Shown here in pieces: positions 6,130-13,004 of a stretch of DNA of 13,004 nt. Every line of letters starts with the position of its first letter. Position 1 is the first letter of the stretch. Source of the stretch: Alphaproteobacteria bacterium (GTDB lineage Bacteria; Pseudomonadota; Alphaproteobacteria; JBFXJJ01); NCBI GenBank assembly GCA_050175015.1, contig JBFXJJ010000025.1, positions 1 through 13,004 of the forward strand, given 5' to 3'. The notes beneath the pieces were generated by a model that was given only the letters and a program-made list of their open reading frames with translations, had not been told where the DNA came from and searched no databases. The position numbers and the translations under genes were made by a program.

Positions 6130-9100
6130 TTAGGATAATGGCTCTTTATTTTTTACGGTCCAAATAAATATAATAGGAATAAAAATCAACGTCATGAGCG
6201 TTCCTATGATAAGGCCCCCAATGGCTACTGCCCCCAATGGTGCAAGCCGTTCAAGTCCTATGGCTGCACCCTGAGCGATAGGTAGCATTCCTACCGATAC
6301 CGAAAGGGCTGTCATTAGAACCGGCCTGGTACGGATTCTAATGGATTCTAGCATCGCTTTTGTTTTATCCACCCCCTCTTTCATCTGTTCAAGTGCAAAA
6401 TGTATCAATAAAATAGCATTATTTACAATGATTCCAGAAAGTAAAATAAATCCCATCATCGAAGGCATGGAGACATGATAATTCATACCCAGCATTGTCC
6501 ATGAAGCACCAATGATGGTCAGGGGGATAGAAAAGATAATCATTAAAGAGATTTTTATGTTGCTAAACATGATAATAAGAGTGAAAAATATCAATACAAT
6601 TGCCACCGAAATTGCCCCAATCATTCTTTGTGCAGAAGCCTCAAAGTGTTTAATATCGCCTATTTGTTCAAGTTCTACATCTTTTGGGAAATCAACATCT
6701 TCTAGTTGTTTTTCAAAATTTGCCATAACATGCGAAATAGCTTCTTTTTCTCTGTTGCCATAGATTTCAAGCGTATAGTTAAGTCCTTCTCTGGTAATAG
6801 TGGTAGGTTCTTTGGTATTGGCAAGGGCGGCTACTTTATGCAAAGGTATCTTTCCTTTGGGGGTGTCTATATATAAAGAAAGAACTTTATCAAAGGTGTT
6901 GATTTGTTCTTTTGGAAGCCAAACTCTTACTCCGTAGTCCACATGATTATTTTTTGAAAAAGTAGCGACTAGGGCACCTCTGAGGGCAGTTTGTATTTGG
7001 TTTGCTATTTCAGACGAGGTTAGTTCGTATTTTAATGCCTGAGCTTCATCTATAAAAAGATTGTAGACGATTTTGTCCATATCCCATGTTGCGGAAGTAG
7101 AAACTATTCCTTGTGTTTTTTGTAAGGCTTCTTCCACCTTGGCACCTGTGCGGTGCAGTATTTCAAAATTCGATCCGCTCAGCATGGCATTGACACTTGC
7201 GCGTATGCTTGCAAGCCCTGTTGCTCCGTAAGGAGAGACATCAAGATCTTTTACATACGGGATTTGTATGATTTCTTGTCGCAATGCATTAGATATCTGC
7301 CAGATGGTTTTGTCTCTTTGGTGCCTGTCTATATAGGTTGCTACGATAGAAAGTTGGTCTGTCCCGCTTCCGCTTCCGATGCTGAGTATGCCTGCTTCGC
7401 TTCCGATGCTTCCGGAAACCCGCAAAAGTTTGCCTTGTTTTTGGATTATTTTGTTTGTCTCTCTCATGATCGCTTCACTTTTTTCTATAGGAAGATTTGC
7501 ATCGGTAATGATTTTGATGTTGACAGCACCGGTATCCATGGGCGGCATGAGTTCTTGGCCTACAACGGGCATCACAAACTTAACAGACGTGAAGAAAAGT
7601 GCAAGGAGGACGATAAAATAAACTATTGCTACACTTTTATGTTTGACAGCTGTTTGTACAATGGAGGAAAAAAAAGTATGGATCATTTGGTTGGCTTGAC
7701 CTGTAACCTTATGAAAGCCATTTTCTATTTTTAGGATAAAGCTATTTTGGATAGTTAAAATATAAAGAGACAACAAAGGTACTGCTATAATTGAAACAAT
7801 ATAAGAAGCCAAAAGTGCCAAAAGCAACGTTCCTACAAGCGGAGCAAAAACTGTTTGGGGGTATCCTCCTACAAAAAGCATGGGCGCAAGAGCGATCATC
7901 GTCGTGATAGAGCCGCTCAAATCTGCAAACATAATCTCTCTGGTTCCATCAATAACAGCACTGTGAATAGACTTGTTGAGCTCTTTATAGTGGCGCTCTA
8001 TATTTTCAACTACTACGACAGTGTCATCAAGCAAAAGTCCTAGGGCAAGAATGATGGCGGTTAGCGTAATGACATTAAAGTCGATTCCGGTAAGCCACAT
8101 TAAAGCAATGGTTGAAGTGTAAACTAACGGAATGGTGACCAAAACAACTAAGATTTGACGAAAACTAGCAAGAAACAAAAAAACAACAAGAGTGGACATT
8201 ACGATCGCGTCACGGAGAGACTCTAGCATATTTTGTGTACTTTGGGCAATAGTTTCTTTTTGTGTATCTGATATCTCAAAATTGATTTGGGGATATTTTG
8301 TTTTAAATTTTTCAATCAGCTGCTCTGCTTTTTCGATTGTAGTGATAACGTCCGAGCTAATAGATCGTTGCACCGATAAGGCTATTGCCTCCTTCCCGTT
8401 TCCAAAATAGGAAGCGCTGTTTTCATAGTGTCCAAAATAAATCTCTGCCACATCAGCAAGCTTGAGATCAGACGAAAGAGGCAGGAGTTTGAGCTTTTCT
8501 ACCTGTTCTCTTTTACCTTGAGATTTGATCAGATAGCGATGTTCATCATTGCTCATAAATCCAATCGCATACTCTTTGTCGCTTTTTTGGATGGCAGCAA
8601 GAACTTCCCCTAAAGAGAGATTAAGGCTGTCAAGTTTCTTTTTGTCTATAATGATTTGCAGCTCTTTTTGATAGCCTCCAAAAACATCAACATTGGCAAT
8701 GCCTTTTGTTTTTAGCAGGGCATGCTTGATATCTCCGCTTGCCAAATCACGGATATCCGACAGGTTTATGTTTTTGTTTTTAGGCGACATGGCAACCACG
8801 AGTACAGGAGCAGTTGCTTCAGTGATTTTTATGATTTGCGGTTCTTGAATGTCTGAAGGAAGTTTGGCGCGTATTTTGGAAAGGGCGTTGGCTACGTCGT
8901 TTACCGCGGTATCGATATTTTTACTGTATTCAAACTCTGCACGAATGACCGTTACTTCGTCAATCGTATTGGAGTAGGCACGCCTAATTTCATCCAGAGC
9001 ATAAAGCTCTTCTTCTACCGCGACGGCAACATTGCTTGCTATGCTTTTAGCTGAAGCGCCGGGTTCTACAATTACCAGGGCTACTTCGGGATAGTTGGAA

Positions 9101-9231
9101 TTAGGAAAAAGGTTGCGATGGATCTTTCCGTATCCCATCATGCCGGAAAAAACAAAAAGAGCCAAAAAAGAAAAAATGATATAAGGTTTTTTGAGGATTT
9201 TTTCTATCCAGCCGCTTGATGGTCTACTCAT
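6130..9231 (-). CDS. RND efflux permease, AcrB/AcrD/AcrF family (1033 aa)
   Basis: Size and two-repeat TM/periplasmic layout; LFP motif, GLLLDDTVVVVENI (TM4), GIIVNNAILL (TM10), RTRPVLMT (TM11). Confidence 0.95.
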   Translation of the reverse strand: MSRPSSGWIEKILKKPYIIFSFLALFVFSGMMGYGKIHRNLFPNSNYPEVALVIVEPGASAKSIASNVAVAVEEELYALDEIRRAYSNTIDEVTVIRAEFEYSKNIDTAVNDVANALSKIRAKLPSDIQEPQIIKITEATAPVLVVAMSPKNKNINLSDIRDLASGDIKHALLKTKGIANVDVFGGYQKELQIIIDKKKLDSLNLSLGEVLAAIQKSDKEYAIGFMSNDEHRYLIKSQGKREQVEKLKLLPLSSDLKLADVAEIYFGHYENSASYFGNGKEAIALSVQRSISSDVITTIEKAEQLIEKFKTKYPQINFEISDTQKETIAQSTQNMLESLRDAIVMSTLVVFLFLASFRQILVVLVTIPLVYTSTIALMWLTGIDFNVITLTAIILALGLLLDDTVVVVENIERHYKELNKSIHSAVIDGTREIMFADLSGSITTMIALAPMLFVGGYPQTVFAPLVGTLLLALLASYIVSIIAVPLLSLYILTIQNSFILKIENGFHKVTGQANQMIHTFFSSIVQTAVKHKSVAIVYFIVLLALFFTSVKFVMPVVGQELMPPMDTGAVNIKIITDANLPIEKSEAIMRETNKIIQKQGKLLRVSGSIGSEAGILSIGSGSGTDQLSIVATYIDRHQRDKTIWQISNALRQEIIQIPYVKDLDVSPYGATGLASIRASVNAMLSGSNFEILHRTGAKVEEALQKTQGIVSTSATWDMDKIVYNLFIDEAQALKYELTSSEIANQIQTALRGALVATFSKNNHVDYGVRVWLPKEQINTFDKVLSLYIDTPKGKIPLHKVAALANTKEPTTITREGLNYTLEIYGNREKEAISHVMANFEKQLEDVDFPKDVELEQIGDIKHFEASAQRMIGAISVAIVLIFFTLIIMFSNIKISLMIIFSIPLTIIGASWTMLGMNYHVSMPSMMGFILLSGIIVNNAILLIHFALEQMKEGVDKTKAMLESIRIRTRPVLMTALSVSVGMLPIAQGAAIGLERLAPLGAVAIGGLIIGTLMTLIFIPIIFIWTVKNKEPLS

Positions 9232-10306
9232 GAACCGTTCCTGAAATATTTATTTTTCCGTAAAAAGGCAATTGTCCTAATTTTGACTCATTTGCTTGGG
9301 CAACCGGTGCATGAGGGCAAGGTTCAATAAGGGATTCGCTGTTGTCTTGCATCAAAATTTTAATTGGGATGGCTATAAACTTACCTTCCGCATAGGCCAT
9401 AATGAAGTTGCCCTCTTTGTTGTGTACAATGGTATCGTTTGGCAGAATGCAGCCCTCGGATTCTTCTTTAAGCACTTCGACAGTGAGTGTACTTCCGGGA
9501 GGGAGAGGGAGGGAAGGGGTGCTTCCTGTTTCTGCGCGCATTAAACCATTTTGTGCCATGGTATAGATCGTTTTTATTTCACCTACTTTTTCTTTGCCGA
9601 TGAATACTTTTTGCCTTTCTTTGATAGGAACATCCCCGGCAGCATAAGAAAATACCAGCTTTTTTTCTCCGTTGCTCAGACTAAGAATCGGCTTCCCTGC
9701 GGTTGCCAAATCTCCCTCGTGAAGCATGATCGCATCAATCTCTCCATCAAAAGGGGCAAGAATTTGCAAATAAGAGAGCTGGTGGTTTAATTGGATAATT
9801 TTTTGTTTTGTATTGGCAGCAATGGCTTCTTTGTTTTGCATGGCAACATGAGAAATATCAACCTGTTCGCGTGCCAGTCCGCCAGCCTTATACAGTTTAA
9901 CATTACGGGCATAGATGCTTTTGGCCAGGAATGCGTCGCTCTTTTGCTGGGCATAGGTTGCTTCAAATCCGTCTATCGTAGAGCGCAACTCTTTATCGTC
10001 GATGCGGACAAGCAGATCCCCTTTGTGTATTTTTTGCGATTCTTTTACTGTGATATGCTCGATATATCCTGACAGCTTGGTAGAAATCGTAATGCTTTTG
10101 TCTGCCTCGATATGCGCCAAATAGGAAGCTTTGTCTTGGAGAGTTCCTTGTCGCGGTTTAATAAGGTTGATACCGATCTCTTCTTTTTGAGGCAAAGAAG
10201 CATTGCTGATCTGTTCTTTTCTTTCTTCCAGCAAGTTTTTTCCTTTTATTAGAAGTCCAGCGGTGAGAACAATAGTGATAATGGTTATGACAGTTTTTTT
10301 ATTCAT
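9224..10306 (-). CDS. RND periplasmic adaptor (membrane fusion protein)
   Basis: N-terminal anchor, lipoyl halves (KLSGYIEHITVKESQKIHKGDLLVRID; ILAPFDGEI) and coiled coil. Start reassigned to ATG 10306, overlapping the upstream stop (ATGAATAA); 8-bp overlap with the permease start. Confidence 0.93.
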   Translation of the reverse strand: MNKKTVITIITIVLTAGLLIKGKNLLEERKEQISNASLPQKEEIGINLIKPRQGTLQDKASYLAHIEADKSITISTKLSGYIEHITVKESQKIHKGDLLVRIDDKELRSTIDGFEATYAQQKSDAFLAKSIYARNVKLYKAGGLAREQVDISHVAMQNKEAIAANTKQKIIQLNHQLSYLQILAPFDGEIDAIMLHEGDLATAGKPILSLSNGEKKLVFSYAAGDVPIKERQKVFIGKEKVGEIKTIYTMAQNGLMRAETGSTPSLPLPPGSTLTVEVLKEESEGCILPNDTIVHNKEGNFIMAYAEGKFIAIPIKILMQDNSESLIEPCPHAPVAQANESKLGQLPFYGKINISGTVHE

Positions 10307-11591
10307 TGTTTGCCCCTGTTTCCATGATATATTCCAAGTAATAAATATTTTTTTGATACTCAAATTTGCTTTGAATGAGTTGCGCGTGTGCAAGATACGT
10401 TCGGCTTCTTGCTAAAAGAAGATCATTGAGTGTTGAAACCCCGTTTTGATAGCGGACGTTTTCTATATTTTCACTCTCTTTTAAAAGTGTTATTTGAGCG
10501 CTGTTGCCCCTATATTCTTCATAGCCCTGATTGATTTTTTCAATACCCTCGACCAGCATTTTTTTTAAATCAAGTCTTGCTTGTTCTTTTTCAAATGTCG
10601 CCTCCATTTTGGCTATTTTGGCTTTTTGTACCTCTATTTTTCGTTTTCCAAAATCCATAATATTCCATTTTACATTGACGCCGACTTGCCAAAGCGTTTC
10701 ATTGTCCCAATCATTAAAGGTCTCATCTTTTCCGTAGTTTTTACCAACATAGCTTGAAAGATTGATTTGTGGAAACGCGGATGATTTGTTTCTCTCTATG
10801 GTTTTGTCTGCTTTTTTAACTTCCACATCTTTGATCTCTATTTTTGCAAGATACGAGGCATTGCTTAAAAGCATATCTGTATTGTAGCTGGGCTTTTTTA
10901 TGTTGATGTGCAAAGGAGAAATAGAGCCGATTTGATCTAAGCCCACAAGCGATGCAAGCGTTGCTTTGGTGATAGTGATAGTGCTTTGCAAGATCTCTTC
11001 TTGGGTTTGTGATGCGCGCAGATCAGACTGTGCTTTTATCTGATCTATTTTGGCTTTTTTTCCCAGTTCTACTTCGTAGGCAATTTGATCTTTAAGTTTT
11101 TTAAGAGCTTGCGTATAAGAGTGCTGCGCGTTTTTGATTTCTTGTTGTGTTAAGATCGCCAGATAAAGCGATTTGATATTGTAAACCAGCTGTTCTTGTG
11201 TGAGTTTGTATTTGATGTGCGCTATTTGTTTCCCAAGCGCCTGGATCTGAATTTGTCTGGTTTGCTCGAATCCTGTAAACAAAGGGACGCTGTAAGTCGC
11301 GCCTCCGGAAAAAAGGTCTTTGGAAGTCGTAATCGGCGTTCCGCTGCCTATAGCAGATGGGGTAAGCGGTGCAAGGGTTCTTGGGGTATTGTAGTGGGTG
11401 TAATCTCCAACCAAATCCAAAGAGCCGTATTGTGCAATTTGGCTTTGCTGATGCTGCAGTTGTGCAGATTGGATCTGTAGCCGGCTTTTTTCTACGGCAG
11501 TATTTTGTTTTAAGCCCAAATCGATCAGTTCCTCCATCGTAACAGCAAACAAAGACGTACTTAACACAAAAAAATAGATTATGCGCACCAT
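10299..11591 (-). CDS. TolC-family outer membrane efflux protein
   Basis: Signal peptide (..STSLFA), two OEP repeats (YSVPLFTGF; WNIMDFG; RYQNGVSTLNDLL). AAGGAG RBS at 11602-11597 favours ATG 11591. Confidence 0.93.
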   Translation of the reverse strand: MVRIIYFFVLSTSLFAVTMEELIDLGLKQNTAVEKSRLQIQSAQLQHQQSQIAQYGSLDLVGDYTHYNTPRTLAPLTPSAIGSGTPITTSKDLFSGGATYSVPLFTGFEQTRQIQIQALGKQIAHIKYKLTQEQLVYNIKSLYLAILTQQEIKNAQHSYTQALKKLKDQIAYEVELGKKAKIDQIKAQSDLRASQTQEEILQSTITITKATLASLVGLDQIGSISPLHINIKKPSYNTDMLLSNASYLAKIEIKDVEVKKADKTIERNKSSAFPQINLSSYVGKNYGKDETFNDWDNETLWQVGVNVKWNIMDFGKRKIEVQKAKIAKMEATFEKEQARLDLKKMLVEGIEKINQGYEEYRGNSAQITLLKESENIENVRYQNGVSTLNDLLLARSRTYLAHAQLIQSKFEYQKNIYYLEYIMETGANNE

Positions 11592-11670
11592 CATGACTCC
11601 TTTGCGCAGGAGTATACCCGGCCAATATAGACTCAATGTGAACCGTTTTAAACTATAAAGAAAAGAGGCA

Positions 11671-12966
11671 TTAAATTGCAGAGTGTTCGCTTGCGTACCG
11701 AATAATATCCACGCCGTATCTATCTCGTATTTTAAGCATTTGTGCTGAAAGGTTTGCCGATTTTATGTCCTGTTCGAGGTCCAAGAGAGAAAATGTTTTA
11801 GGGCGGTATTTGGTAGAAAAATTTGAAGCACTGATAGCAATATAGTGAATTTTGTATCCCAAATGATTATCCAGTTTCGAGATTGTCTCGATAGCCAAAT
11901 CGACCAAAAATTTTTCATTAAAGAACCTGTTACAGGTAATGGATTGAGTATTTTTCAGGCCATATTCGTATCTGATTTTAAAATAAAATGTCGTTGGGTT
12001 GAGTTTGAGTTTTTGTATGGTATGGCTTAGGTATCTAGCAAGAATCATCGTTCTTCTGTGAACTTCTTGTCTATCGGATATGGCCTTGAAATTTCTGCTG
12101 ATTCCTATACTCTGTCTGTCACTGCAGGGTACTACTTTTTCATTGTCAATGCCGCAAATTCTTTTGTAGAGATCTCTTCCTGTTTTGCCGTAGGATTCAA
12201 AAAGTTGCGGCTTGGTTTTGGCTTCGCCGAGTGTTTTAACGCCATAGGAAAACAGTTTTTTTGATACAGCCTTTCCGATACCGGGAAAATCATTGATGTC
12301 GATATGTTCTATAAACGTATCGACATCATTTTGTGACAATGCTTTGGCTCCAAACGGTTTTATTTTATCTGTGATCAGTTTGGCAATCCATTTTGATTGG
12401 CTTGCGCCTATGGTGATAGGCAAATCAAACTTTTGCAGTATTTCGTTTTTGAGATTTTTGATAAACACTTCCGTGTCTTCATCTTTTATCCAGCCGTCCA
12501 AATCGCCAAAAAATTCATCAATGGAATATTGTTCGAGCAGGGGAATTTTAAATTCCAAAAATGATTTCAATCTGCAAGACAGCTCTTGATAAAATAGATG
12601 ATCACTTGGCAGCACTATGAGCCCGGGACACCTCAGGAGCGCTTCTTTAAGAGGCATTCCTGTTTTGATTCCGCAAGGTTTTGTTTCATAGCTTTTGGCA
12701 ATAATAATGCCGTGAATGGTTCCGCCCTCATCAATAAATTCATTTTTCCAGACAGATACAGGAGCGTGATGAAAAAAATCATTTTTAAATTCCAACATTG
12801 CGTTAAAAGCCCCTGTTTTATTTAAAAAAACACCATCTTTTTTTCTGTTTGAAAATATTTTTTTGTCACCTCCTTTGGCTATGGCAACACATCGATTTTT
12901 CAAGAAAGGATGTCTTGTTCTCTCTGCCGATACAAAATAACAATCCAAATCCAAGTGAATTTTCAT
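11671..12966 (-). CDS. dinB: Y-family DNA polymerase IV (DinB)
   Basis: HLDLDCYF, SYE, YSIDEFF catalytic motifs, AKL..KP.G, PGIG HhH, little-finger domain and C-terminal SLL clamp-like motif. AAGGAGG RBS at 12978-12972. Confidence 0.93.
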   Translation of the reverse strand: MKIHLDLDCYFVSAERTRHPFLKNRCVAIAKGGDKKIFSNRKKDGVFLNKTGAFNAMLEFKNDFFHHAPVSVWKNEFIDEGGTIHGIIIAKSYETKPCGIKTGMPLKEALLRCPGLIVLPSDHLFYQELSCRLKSFLEFKIPLLEQYSIDEFFGDLDGWIKDEDTEVFIKNLKNEILQKFDLPITIGASQSKWIAKLITDKIKPFGAKALSQNDVDTFIEHIDINDFPGIGKAVSKKLFSYGVKTLGEAKTKPQLFESYGKTGRDLYKRICGIDNEKVVPCSDRQSIGISRNFKAISDRQEVHRRTMILARYLSHTIQKLKLNPTTFYFKIRYEYGLKNTQSITCNRFFNEKFLVDLAIETISKLDNHLGYKIHYIAISASNFSTKYRPKTFSLLDLEQDIKSANLSAQMLKIRDRYGVDIIRYASEHSAI

Positions 12967-13004
12967 CAAAACCTCCTTCTTTGTATTTTATTGAATGAAC
13001 AAAA

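Noticed and set aside
6729-6738. CATGCGAAAT resembling the parS motif inside the RND gene
   Set aside because: Half-site only; the left arm does not match.
6512-12825. Many short + strand ORFs and the alternative-frame ORF 11101-11625 over the efflux and dinB genes
   Set aside because: Fully overlap conserved genes; Cys/Ser/Phe-rich shadow composition.

Overview
AT-rich window, probably from a Campylobacterota (epsilonproteobacterial) host; this is inferred from protein style, AAGGA/AAGGTG RBSs and TGn-extended -10 boxes. The centre (1515-6084) looks like the complete maintenance core of a secondary replicon (large plasmid/chromid, or an integrated derivative). It has parB-parA transcribed leftwards, four copies of a non-canonical palindrome TTTCGCATGCGAAA (candidate parS), and a divergently transcribed putative initiator (Rep). 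These are followed by a triple 14-bp repeat/hairpin, 12 helically phased 16-bp iterons (CTCTAATATTACTTCC) around an AT-rich gap, and a helicase that fuses a DnaB N-terminal-like domain to a RecA/SF4 (AAA_25-like) motor. To the left are four small membrane-protein genes whose three candidate promoters all carry FNR/Dnr-type TTGAY-N4-ATCAA boxes in identical class II geometry; one box is shared by two divergent promoters. To the right, on the minus strand, are dinB (Pol IV) and a tripartite RND efflux operon (TolC-family, MFP, AcrB-family). No rRNA, tRNA, CRISPR, transposase or integrase is seen.
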